Assembly: GCA_003971905.1 (NCBI GenBank)
Contig: RSEE01000089.1
Location: 62,001 to 126,000, forward strand
Direction: 5' to 3'
Origin: Moniliella sp. 'wahieum'
Lineage: Eukaryota
Length of the DNA stretch: 64,000 bases
Positions 13,466 through 24,631 of this stretch are shown here, piece by piece; position 1 is the first letter of the stretch; every line of letters begins with the position of its first letter. The position numbers and the translations under genes are program-made. Under the pieces are notes generated by a model, which worked only from the letters and a program-made list of their open reading frames with translations, ran no database searches and had not been told where the DNA came from.

Positions 13466-14286
13466 CTTGCTCCCGTCTTCCGTTACGCTTACTGTCTTGT
13501 TCGTTTATCCGTGATGTCGATGATTGAGTATTGAGCTATTGAGCATGGAGCATTGATTATCTACTAGCGCCATTCCTATTTTCTCCTGTTGCTCCTATCG
13601 CTCCTACCTCCTGTTCATTCCTCCTCATGGCACGAGGGCACTGGCACTGGCACTCCGATCCACCGTACCAGGTACCCGTTGTGCGTGTGCATCTGCCCCT
13701 GCCTATGATGGCATGCCGTGCACCCAGTATACACATTTTCTTTGTCGTCCTACCCTTGCTGCCATTCCCATTCGTCTCTCTTTCTCCTGTGGTTGTTGCA
13801 TCCTCTTTAGGGGCGGGAAGGAACAAGGTTTCCATAGCAGACGTCTGCGTGTGCTTTGCTTTGCTTTGCTTAAGAGAAAGGAGAGGAATGTGCTCATCCT
13901 GCTGCGGTCCTTGCGCACATAGTAGCCTATGGACATGCTCGGCAAAAAAGGCTGCCAGGCAATCCCCCCTCCCGGTCCCCAACGAGCTGACCGAGGCACG
14001 GCGAACCTTTGTTTACTGTGCCCGCTGGAAAGCACGCAAGGCGAAGCAAGGTGCGGTCGAACGTGCCGGTCGAAGCGAAGCGGGAAGGCAAGGAAGGTGA
14101 GGTGGGGTGTGCGTGGGGAGGGGTAGGCTGGCGTGATAAGCCATCGGCCATCGGCCATGGACCAGCGAAGCTATCGCATCGCATCCGAAAATGGAGAACT
14201 CGACATGAGGCGCCAGTGAACATTTCACCTCCCTCGGCCTTGCGGAGTGCTGCCAGCTGATGGTTGGGTACGCTGGTGGCGGCAGT

Positions 14287-14446
14287 TGTCGGCCTCGCTA
14301 CTACCACAGAATGTGAGCACTGAACGTCGTATTGGACTAAGAAGCTTCTGCGACTGACTCGTCCAGAAGACTGGTGCGAGCTCGGAAGGAATGAAAGCTG
14401 ACTCACGTGACTCAGGGTCCGCGCGGTCCTAGGACGGATGTCAACA
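14287..14446 (-). repeat. 3' LTR (160 bp)
   Basis: Exact copy of 19180-19339. Preceded on the minus strand by a short purine tract AGCGGGGG. Confidence 0.97.
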
Positions 14447-17400
14447 CCCCCGCTGACCGGAGGGCCCAGTCATGTGGACTGGATCCATCTCCTCGACGCG
14501 GAGTTGAGCAAGATGGCTTGTCAGGGCGGGACGGCCGAGAGGCTTGGTGAGGACGTCCGCTGGGTTCCTTTCGCCGGGGATGTGTACAAGTATGGCCTCG
14601 CCCGAGTCCACGTGTTGCCGTACATTGTGGTACCGGATCTTCAGCTCTCGGAGCTTGCCGGTGCTGCCAAATTTGTGGGCGAGATCGACGACAGACTTAT
14701 TGTCGCAATACCAATGAATGGGTGTACCCTCGCCGATGGCCCCAAGCTCGATCATGATGTTCTTGACATAGTTGGCGTCAACCAGTCCATCATATCCTGC
14801 CGTATATTCGGCGGCGGGTACTGGTAACGCTCTTCGGCTGAAGAATGGATCGCCACGACACCGGCACACCGTACACCATCAGTAGGCATCCAGATGTGGA
14901 GCGTGCCTGGATGGGATCCCGCCAAGTCGGAATCTGTATACAGCGCAATGGCCGGTGCATCTGATGTTGGGGTCAACCTCAGGCCCTTTCCTCGAGTATG
15001 GTACAGGTAGCGAAGGAAGTCATCGACTGCTTGATGATGCTGCTGCGATGGGTCGGCAGCGGCTCTGCTGAGGGCGGCGTGATAGCGAAGAGGGAGTCAG
15101 GCCGGCCCATTCGTGCAGCCCACAGTCCCGATCCGATCTTCCCCTGATATGCCTTGCGCAAGGCTGGGAGGGATGGGGGTTCAGGGTCGGCACGGGCGGT
15201 ATCATCCGTACGGGATGTGGGAGAGTCCGGATCCACGGGGCTTTGATGTGGTGCTTTGCCACCACTTCCTCGATGAACTTTGGTTGGCTCAGGTACAGCT
15301 CCCCACCGATCCGATCGTATTGGCATCCCAGGTGGTAGTGAAGGGGACCGTTACCACGAACATCAATGTGTGTGTTTATCTCGGCCATAAACTCCTCGTA
15401 CTTTTGGTGTGACTTGCATGCGAGGAGCAGATCGTCGGTGTGGACCGCCAGGAGGATCTGCTCACCCGGTGGTGCAGCGCGCACGAACAAGCAGGGCTCG
15501 GTCAAGCTTTGCGTGAAGCCGAGCTTGTCACGCAGCAGGTTCCGGATGTATCGTGCCCAGTTTGCTCCGCTCTGATGTAGCCCGTATAGACTCTTCTTGA
15601 GACGCCACACGCGACCACCCGCTTCGGGGAAGTAGGGGGGTGGGCGGATGTAGACTGCTTCTTCGAGGGGGGCGTTCAGGTACGCTGCATTGACGTCCGC
15701 CGAGAAGAGGCCAAACTTATACTTCTCGGCCAGCACGACGAGGGTCAGGATGGCAGGTGTGCGCACCGATGGTGCGAACGTCTGGCCCCAAGTCTCGGCC
15801 GATTGTTGGTGTCCGCCCGCGACAAAGCGCGCGCGGTGGCGCAGGAACCGGCCCTCGGCGTCCGTCTTTGTGGTGATGCGCCATAGTCTATGAGGATTTG
15901 TGCACCCGGTGGTGGGTACGTAGCCTCGTAGGTGCCGTATCGCGCGAGTGTGGCCACCTCGTCGGCCATAGCCTGCTTGACCATGGCAAAGGAGGGGTGA
16001 GTCTCGAGACCCTTGAGCGTCTTGGGAGCGAGGGGTACGCCATCCTTGGTGAGCTGAACCGTGTCCGGGTGGATGGGTGCGCTGAGAGCAGTCATGGCGG
16101 CGTATTCGGGAGGTTGAACTGTGTCGGCAAACGGGGGGGCGGATGTGTCAGGTAGGGGGCGGGCGATGCCGATCTCTGGTGCGGCGCAGTGGGGCGTGGC
16201 GGCTGCAGCACGAGCATGGTAGGTCGTGTCGGTGGGGTCGTCAGCGATTGGGAGTGTGTGCAGGTCGAGGGAGGTGCGGGTGGTGCGTGGCTGGAGGGTG
16301 GTGGTGGTGCGGGCGGAGGGGGGGTGGTGGTGGAGCGGGTGTCTGGGTGTGGCGGCGGTTCGGGCATGGGTGCTGCGCGGCTGCGGAGTAGGGTTAGCGT
16401 TTTTTCACTGTCGATTTTAATTTGAGGTGATTTGGAGATGTCGGGTGGGAAGGGTGGGGTGGAGATGGGGGTAGATGGCGTTGCCCCATTTGTACGGTTT
16501 CGACCAGCGGTAGGTGAAGGTACCCAGGGATGGTTGGTATGTGGCGAAGAGCCATCCCTTTGATCCGCGCTGATGGTGGTATCCTACCAGCATACCTTCC
16601 TCTGCCGCGCGCTGAGCTTGTGCTCGGCGCGGCGTGACTCGGGCAGATGGAGGTATGCAACGCGGCCAAAGGGTTGCATCGGTAACGAGTATGCGTGGCC
16701 TTTGTATCGCTCAAATCGCGATTTGTTGTCTTCCCCGGATGTTTTGAGTGGCATTTGGTTTTGGGTGAAGCACGCAGCGTGGAGGCTGTGTTCCCACCAG
16801 TCCGACGTCGGAAGACCTGTACCCAAGAGCAACTGCCTTGCACGAGTCGTTATGGTTCGGATGGCACGCTCAGCCACACCGTTGCTAGCACTCTGCCCCG
16901 GGATTGTCCGTTCTGACGTGATGCCTTGCTCGTCCAGAAAAGGTTGCAGTGCGCTTGTCAATTCGGGGGCGTTGTCCGTGCGCAAAGTCCGCAGCAGTCT
17001 GTCCGGGCCGTAGCGTTGCTCCCGCAATATGAGGTTCCGCAGTTCCTTCGTTGCAGCGCCCTTTGTCGGGATCGCTGTGGTGAAGACGTACCGCGTGAAG
17101 TCATCAACGGCGACGAGGGCGTATCCGTGCCCCATGCCGGTTACCCGGGGGAGGTCTACTACGTCGACGTGGAGGACCTCGAAAGGTCTTTTGGATCGGA
17201 GGCGGTCCCGGCTCGGATGGGGCGATGCTGTCGCTAGTGCCACCGCGCATGTTGGGCAATCCCACTCTGAACGACAGAGGGAGATATGCTTGGCTGTGAC
17301 GCGGAGGCCTGCGGTTTCCGATCGTGTAAGCCAGGGGAGGAGGTCGATGGCTGCGTGGTTCCAGCGTTTGTGGGCTTTAGAGACGTGGTCCAGGGCCAGG

Positions 17401-17879
17401 GATGCTGCGAGGGAGTTTGGGGTTGAGGGTGGGTCGGCCGGTTTGATCGGTTTGGTCGCCATGGCCCGCAGGGGTGTGGGTGGCGTTCGCGGGTTGTGTA
17501 AGATCGTGAATTGATAGTCACTGCCGGTTACTTTTCGTAGGGTGGATCCTGGGTTACCAAGCCAGATACCCTTCTGGTGTGGGGCGAAGTATGATGCGAT
17601 TCCGGTGTTCGACAGGTGTGATACACTGACGAGATTTCGGCTGAAACGGGGCATGTATAGGCTGTTGGGGAGTTTTATCTCCATTTGGTGTCCTCCTAAG
17701 CATCGGATACGGATTGTGGCCGTGCCTCGTCCTTCCGCCTTTACATGTGTCCCGTTAGCAACCTCTATCTCGTCGTCGCAAGGGGTCATGGATGTGAAGA
17801 CGGATTTGTCTTTCCAAATGGATGGGAATGCCCCACTGTCATATAATGCCCGGATGATTCGCATTTCGCCCCCGAGTTC
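14441..17879 (-). CDS. pol: Copia pol (protease, integrase, RT, RNase H), frameshifted in this assembly
   Basis: PR LYDSGA; IN HKRWNH..CPTC, LHVD, VDDFTRY, RTDNAPE, NGVAER; RT DVNAAYLN, LKKSLYGLHQS, HTDD; RH YTDSD, YCDNKS, NPADVLTKPL. Confidence 0.93.
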
Positions 17880-17916
17880 CTAGTAGTCAGCTGTGCCCGC
17901 ATCAACGTCAATCACT

Positions 17917-19125
17917 TCAGACTCGGGAGAGCTCGCTCTCTGAGCGACGTGAGCGTTGGCTCGGCCTGGGTTGCGGAGGGACAACAGGTTTATTAGACGT
18001 CGCGCTGCGCCAGGGTTGGTTGGTGCGGTCTTGCCCCTTGGTCTTTGTGTCCGCGAGGTTGTCGTCGCCGGCTTTGCCCCCGCTGGAGTTTTTTCCCCCG
18101 CTGGTGGGTCGTCCCCCGCTGTCGGGTCGAGTCCAAGGCGTTCCTCCGTTGACCGGCTTGCCTCCGTTTCTCTTCCTTTCTCCACCGGGATACGTGGCGG
18201 CTGGTATGTCCATCACGGCCTGCCGTAACTTGTCTAGACTCGAGCGCTCTTCACGCTGGCGAATGCTCATGTCGCGTAAGCCGAGTAGGATCCCAGTGCG
18301 TTCCTGCTCTTCCGTAAGTGGGATGCCCGCTCGCGTCAGGCTTGCACTGATCTCTTCCATGTAGTCGAGGTAGTCTCGACCCGATCGGTTTCCTTGGTCG
18401 GCCGAAAAGTAGCGAATGAGTAGAGGCCCTCTGTTTGCGGTAGGCGTATATCCATACCGCTGACGCAGCATGTTCAGCGTGTCCTGGGTGCATGATATTT
18501 CGTGGTGGGTGCGGATCGTCCGGAAGAGGGTTGACGGCATGGCTTCCCTAAGAAGGTTGTGCAAGCGTCTGTCGAGGTCCTCGGTGAAGTAGCGGGAGCT
18601 GCGACCATTCTGGACGACGTCGCTTGCGTGGGGGTGGGCATCTGTTATCGCGAAGAGAAATTCGTCTTCCCAAGCGCTGTAGGCGGACGGGTCTTTGTTC
18701 AGATCAGGCCACTTGATATTCTTGGTGGGAGACTCGCGTAGTGATCTGTAAAGGTCGTACTCGGGTCGCGAGGCTGCGCCTGTAGGTGCCCCCAAAGTTG
18801 CGTTGGGTTGAGTTTCCATTTGGTGGATGTTTTGCACCACAAAATTCGTAGCCCGTCGAACCCAGTTTGTCGTGATAGACGTAGGTTCGTCCTTCCATCC
18901 AAGCCACTCGGCTCTGTCGTGTATAGCTCTGTTGATCTTCTCTTTAACGACATCGATGTCGTTCGTCTTCTTGAACCACAGGTGCGCTTCGGCGCAAAGC
19001 ATCATGAGTTCCTCGTTGTCGGTGCCAATCGGTGGCGGATCGCGACCGGTTGGTGTCCAGTAATCGCGCTTGTTCACCATTGTGGTGTCGCTGACCGAGA
19101 GATCGGTGTTAGCGTTGGCGCCCAT
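17917..19125 (-). CDS. gag: Copia gag
   Basis: Uninterrupted ORF just inside the 5' LTR (ATG 19125, MGANANT). YSAWEDEF, LNMLRQRYG and GILLGLR resemble a Copia capsid. No CCHC knuckle. Confidence 0.8.
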   Translation of the reverse strand: MGANANTDLSVSDTTMVNKRDYWTPTGRDPPPIGTDNEELMMLCAEAHLWFKKTNDIDVVKEKINRAIHDRAEWLGWKDEPTSITTNWVRRATNFVVQNIHQMETQPNATLGAPTGAASRPEYDLYRSLRESPTKNIKWPDLNKDPSAYSAWEDEFLFAITDAHPHASDVVQNGRSSRYFTEDLDRRLHNLLREAMPSTLFRTIRTHHEISCTQDTLNMLRQRYGYTPTANRGPLLIRYFSADQGNRSGRDYLDYMEEISASLTRAGIPLTEEQERTGILLGLRDMSIRQREERSSLDKLRQAVMDIPAATYPGGERKRNGGKPVNGGTPWTRPDSGGRPTSGGKNSSGGKAGDDNLADTKTKGQDRTNQPWRSATSNKPVVPPQPRPSQRSRRSESELSRV

Positions 19126-19179
19126 GGTTGTGGGTGTAGTTTTGGCCAGCTCAGGGATGAGCAGATAAGGATGTAACTC

Positions 19180-19339
19180 TGTCGGCCTCGCTACTACCAC
19201 AGAATGTGAGCACTGAACGTCGTATTGGACTAAGAAGCTTCTGCGACTGACTCGTCCAGAAGACTGGTGCGAGCTCGGAAGGAATGAAAGCTGACTCACG
19301 TGACTCAGGGTCCGCGCGGTCCTAGGACGGATGTCAACA
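19180..19339 (-). repeat. 5' LTR (160 bp)
   Basis: Exact copy of 14287-14446. Confidence 0.97.
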
Positions 19340-20152
19340 GCAGTTACTGGGTACTAGTACTAGTTACGAGTTCCATACGGTTGTGCGTTTAAGCGCGCAG
19401 ACACTGGGGTGCTGCGGCAGGGTTTCATGCATAAACCGCACCCCTCGGATCCCAAGCGGATCATCTCCATCATCCATTACTGATGCGACGCATCGATGAC
19501 CCTGACATGGTCCAACTTGGACGCCGCGCCCCCCAAGGAAGCGAAACTGAGTTGAATCAACGCATAGCTCAAGCTTCAAGCTTCAAGCGCGCCGATACTC
19601 GGTACCCCCCCGCCCCAACAACAAAGCCGCCTCCCTGGATGCGTTTGAGGTTCTCCACACCGTCAGTGTAGTGTACTGGGTACGCCTGTGGCTTTGTTAC
19701 GTCCTGTAGCGGTGGCCGACGAGTGTGAAGCACATGAGCCCATCCTATCACACGGCCTCTGTTGTCCCCGCCGTGGGTCTTGCCGCCCAAATAGGCCGAG
19801 TGTGGCCGAGGTCCCACGGGCGGCTATTAATAATTGCCCAGCACGGCGCCAGTGTGGCCTGCTGCTTCCCAGCTTCACGCGCACGCGTCACCCGTCACGC
19901 TTCACAGATCCTCTCGCCCAACTGGCTTGCCACCCGCCTTGCGCAAACTCGACGATCACGCATCACCCATGGCGCATCCCCATCAGCGCTGGCTTGCACC
20001 GATCGCAGTGGACAACGTGGCTGGCTTCTCATTTCCCGCTTCCTGGCGCCCGCACTGGGACTTAAGTGTGGAAGCATTCCGATAGGCAGGTTTCTGCCGC
20101 TCTCTTCCCACCACCTCAGCGCCAGGCCTCATCGACCTCCTCCCCTCCCACC

Positions 20153-20701
20153 ATGGCTACCAAGATCTCTGCTGCGACGCTCGCTGAGCACAACAAGGCG
20201 TCGGACTGCTGGATGGCCATCAACGGCAAGGTGTACAATGTGACGGACTTTGTCGATGAGCACCCAGGGGGAGACGAGGTCCTCCTTGCTGAGGCTGGCA
20301 AGGACGCTACCGAGGCATTTGACGATGTGGGCCACTCGGACGATGCACGGCAATTGCTCGTTCCGATGCTGGTTGGCGACCTGGACGGGGTGGCGGTACG
20401 TTCAACGGGTCCTTGGTCCTTGGTTCTTGATCCTTTTTCCCTCCCTGAAAACGGGTTTTCTAATTTCTCTTATTTGTTGTGCAGCTGTCCGGTCCCACAC
20501 CCGAGGTCAAGACGGCTTCCAAGCAGGGCGGATCGTACGTTCTCCCTCCCCCTCTACCCAGCTCTTCTCCCAGCGTCATACTAACCTGCTTGGCACTCGC
20601 CCCCTTCCACGCCCAGGAGCTCGGTGCTGATGTTCATTCCTATCGGTATCATGGTTGCGTACTATGGTTACCAATACTACCTTGGTCAGCAGGCCAAGTA
20701 G
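20153..20701 (+). CDS. CYB5: Cytochrome b5, tail-anchored
   Basis: EHPGGDEVLL and FDDVGHSDDA haem motifs. Introns 20396-20484 and 20535-20616 give a clean frame ending in a hydrophobic tail and TAG. Confidence 0.95.
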
Positions 20702-21525
20702 ATGGATGTGCTGTTCACGTTCACGTTCTACTTGGCTGGTTTGCATGCATGTCCGCTTTTTCTCTTCCTCTGGCTTGCGCACATTAGCCGCTTTCTCATA
20801 TCCGGGTAGTTGGCTGATCGATAGCGTCCAGGGATAGTCGATAGGGCGAGCGAGCGGCGACAGAGGGGAGACGAGGAACGTCCTGTGGAGCATGTGCATG
20901 GCGCGTGAGGTCACCGAGATCCTGCTGCCATATCGGTCCGCCCAGGCGTGTTATCTTGGCTCGATAATCTTTCGAGAGCAGACGCTAGCTGTAGCACAGC
21001 CATTGCGCTCTAACGCGCTACCTCTTCGGAAGATTTTAATTTTGGTCACGCGGTCCTCTGGCTTTCCCTTGGCCTATAAGCCCGTCTAGCAATGGCAATG
21101 CCAATTGCTTTCCAATCACTAACTTGAACCAACTTTTGAAGCTTGAAGCACGAAGTGAGCATGCATGAAGCTGTGAGCAGTGCATGTGAGCAAGGTCAGG
21201 CGGTCAGGAGGATACGAAACGCTTCTATCGGCTAGACCCGACCTCGCTCTTCTTCCTCCGGCGTTTGGTTCTCCGTTCACGACGCCCATCATATAATGAT
21301 CCATCAATCGTTCGCCATGCATCAGCAGAAGATGCAAAAGGGTTCTGCGTACACGGGGCGCAGTCACTATAGCAATTGCACGCTTCTCACTAGCTGCAGA
21401 TACGAAGCTTATCGAGCCGGGACCCACGCGACCGGAAATCCAAAGGAGGGGAAGCTGCGTGCCGTGTCAAAAAAAGAACGAGGCCGTAACAATAACAAAA
21501 ACAACTAAAACAAAACAAAAAAGAG

Positions 21526-21609
21526 TAGCTACCGTCGGTCTTGATCCGACGACCTGTGGGTCACACGACAATTATGAGCCCACCGCTCTTCCGCCTGAGC
21601 TAGGTAGCT
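21526..21609 (-). tRNA. Initiator tRNA-Met(CAT) with 11-nt intron (21562-21572)
   Basis: Folds as a cloverleaf: AGCTACC/GGTAGCT acceptor (A1-U72), GTGGG/CCCAC anticodon stem, CAT anticodon, T-loop ATCAAGA (A54/A60 initiator signature), downstream T6 Pol III terminator. Confidence 0.95.
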
Positions 21610-22495
21610 GCTTACTGATCCACTACCACTGAACGTTTGATATACGTTGAACATTGAATCCAGTATCTTAGTACACGTTCTTCTTTAAAGCCCAAACAAC
21701 CATATCATGGCTCCTAACCACTGCGTTCTTCCTTCTCCCTTGTTCAACCACTCTTCATTGTTCTTTCATTCTGGGCTGGTTGGGCTTGGAATCCAACGCT
21801 GCCTGTGGAATAGGTGGTGTTCACGGTACGATGGACTATTAGGCCCTATTAGGTTTTAGGTGAGCCGCCAAGGCCAACGCGCCTGCCATTCTACCCAGGC
21901 CAGGCGCTGCATCGGCATCGACCGATGATCGACGAACGTCTCGATGCACGTCGAACTGGAACGTTGACAGAACATAATGTAGGATCAAAATCAACCCCGT
22001 GTGGAGGTGGAGGTAGAGGTAGAGGTGGAAGTGGAGTGGAGGTGGAGAGAAAAGAGAAAAGACTGGGTCTCTCCATCCTGGACAGGGATCGTCACACTGT
22101 GATAGGCTATAGGAGGCTGTGGGAGCATGTGGCCAAAACGGCCAACGGGAAGGGGAAGCGAGGAAAACAGATGAGAGGAGAGAAGAGAAGAGAGGAAAGA
22201 CAGGAACCGCAACAGGAAGAAAGCAAGCGAAAACTATACATACGTGATGGGGATGATGGGGGATAAAAAGGAATGAGAATGGCCTTGGGAGACAAAGGCA
22301 TAGGATACGATGGGCAGGGCAGGGGAGGGAAAGTGAGCTGTGGGAGGCAGGGGGGGAGGCAGCGGGGCGAAGGGTGGGGGTGGGGGGGGGGGGGGCAAAA
22401 GAACAAAAGGAAAGCGTAAAGAAAGACAAGAATCGACGCTCCGCGAAGGTATATATCAAACGGGGGAACAGGAGAGTCGAGAGGGAGGGGGGATA

Positions 22496-24567
22496 TTACG
22501 ATGCTGGCACTCGCTTGGATACCCGGGTAAAGCGCCGGAGCAGGCGCGAAAGGCCCTTGGGCGAGCTGGGTTCGGGCCGTGCGGAAATCGTGTTGGATGT
22601 CGCAGCGGGCGCCGAGGTGGTACGCTTCCTGTCCTCTTCTGATGGGGCCGGGGCTGGCGCGGACGCACGCTCAGGCTCAGGGCGGGAGCAGGAGCAGAAG
22701 CTGGAGCAGGATCAGCAGCAGGCGCAAGGGGAGGGAGGAAGGCGTCTTGCGCAGCGTGTCCGACTCGGGTTGGACGATAAGGGGTTGAGTGTCTTCCGTA
22801 GGCAGCTTAGGTAGTACATTAGTCTCTGCCGCGGTGGCGGGGGTAGATGGGGACGGGAGGTCCGTAGCAGAGGACTGTTCCTCTTCCGCAGCCGTCTTGG
22901 ATACGGCAGAAGGAAGCACACTGGGAACGGGGTGCGAACGCGGATCCGTACCTCGTTTCGTGGCTGTATGCTGCTCGGTCTCTTGGCGCACAGGTTCGTT
23001 GAGCCCAGCCGACACATCAGTCATGGGTGTCACAGCTCCCTCCAACTCCGACATGGCATGGGACGGCGTCTGAGACGAAACAGAAGACTGTTGCGATGGG
23101 ACAGCGACAACGGGGACGACAGCCGGCGGGGGATCCAGTGCGTTGCCAGGCCCAGCAACCTCGGTGGTGGATGACGGGAGTTCGGGCTGGTCCGATGGGA
23201 GGGACAGCTCAGCTTGGTCAGTGGCCTTGCGCATACCGAAAAAGGAACGTCGCTTGGTCTTGCTCAGCGAAACGGTGGAACGGTTGATGAGCTGGTGCAG
23301 ACCGCCACTGGGGGAAGAAGCAGAGGCCGACATGCTGGCAGGTGACAAGGCCAGCGTATCCTGCAAGTTGCCCTGGCTGGCAGAGGAGAGACGAGGCGGG
23401 ATCCCGGTCGCGAGCCAGCACGCGAGCCAGCTAACGAAGTGGTGCGCGACTTGCTAAATGGGGTGGACCATCCACTTCGTTTAGGCGGTACAGCCACGGC
23501 CGCTTCGGCCTCTGGATCATGCAACGTCATGCTCATCACGGCCCGACGAATTTGCCCCCGCTCGGTGGCGGATACTTGTTCCCGTCCCAACGGCGACGGT
23601 TGGCCCATCGACCTCGTCCGCGGCTTGCCCGGCACCGCACTTTCCCGCACCACGGGCAGACCATAGTCCACGCCTTCGGGCAGGACCGGATCGAGCGGAA
23701 GACGACGTCCCAGTGAAGGGTACGGTCCTTCCCCCCAGACACTCATCAGTTCGGAACTTGCGTACGCCGATCGGGAAGGGGAAGAGCGCGTGGTGCGCGG
23801 GGCAGAGCCAGCGCTGCGGTGCGACGCTCCGTCGAGGCTGAGCGTATCGGCGGCTTCGGGAACGGAAGTACTGTTGGGACGGGAAAAGACAGCTTGCGGA
23901 GGAGGGTAGATCGGTGAGAGCGGAGAGATGGCTCGGGACGAGCCAGGTCGACTGGGCACAGACAAAGGTACGTGCAAGCTGCCCTGGCTCGTGTTGGGCG
24001 AGGGGGCGGTACTGCCTACCCTGCTAGGCGGGGCGGGTGCGTATGCGCCGACCGAAGCAGGAGCGTGCATCCGCTGCGCTTGTGCTGCCTCCCACGTCTG
24101 TTCAGCGGCTAACTCACTGGCCAACAGGTCCAATTGCCGTGTATCTGCGAACCGTCGACGATGGGGAGTCGTCGTGCCGGGGTGGCCTGTTTCGGACGGA
24201 TACTGGTCCGGTGGCAAGGGAAGACCATCATCTTGCACGGGCATTGGCATCTCCTCGACAACAGGCCCGATGACCTGGGAGACTCTCTTGGCTTTCTCCT
24301 TGGTGCGCTCCGTCGACGCAGCGCCCGTCTTGGCCCAAACATGCCAGCGAGGAAACTGTGGCGTCGGCTGGGGGGCGGCGGGGGTCCAGACGAGCCGTCG
24401 GTTGCGCCGGAGAGGGGGGCGGCAAGACTGGTACTGCTGGTGCTGCTGGTGGCTGGTGGCATTGCAGCGAGCTTGTCGGCGTCACGGGGGCGAGGGAGCC
24501 CTGCGTAGGCTGGGACGCCGGTGCGGGGCTGGGGTGTAGGGGAGGGGGCAGAGTTAGGGGCTAGCAT
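22496..24567 (-). CDS. Hypothetical Ser/Pro-rich protein, frameshifted
   Basis: Chain of overlapping minus ORFs (24109-24567, 23264-24250, 22677-23366) ending ...RRFTRVSKRVPAS-TAA. No domain recognised. Confidence 0.5.
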
Positions 24568-24593
24568 GGCGCTGTCAACCCGGGGGGTGGCCG

Positions 24594-24631
24594 CTTGAGC
24601 TTGAGCTTGAGCTTGAGCTTGAGCTTGAGCC
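24594..24631. repeat. (GCTTGA)n microsatellite
   Basis: About six perfect copies read directly. Confidence 0.9.

Larger units (their letters stand above)
14287..19339 (-). mobile_element. Full-length Ty1/Copia LTR retrotransposon, 5053 bp
   Basis: Identical TG...CA LTRs; 5-bp target-site duplication GCAGT at 14282-14286 and 19340-19344; domain order gag-PR-IN-RT-RH. Confidence 0.97.

Noticed and set aside
13927..14406. ORF sharing its N-terminus with the gag ORF (MSQLSFLPSS...)
   Set aside because: The shared part is simply the LTR copy, with a GTG start. No evidence of a gene.
19180..21609. tRNA-targeted integration of the Copia element
   Set aside because: The element is about 2.2 kb from the tRNA, on its 3' side, with CYB5 in between. 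This does not fit Ty1-style upstream targeting.
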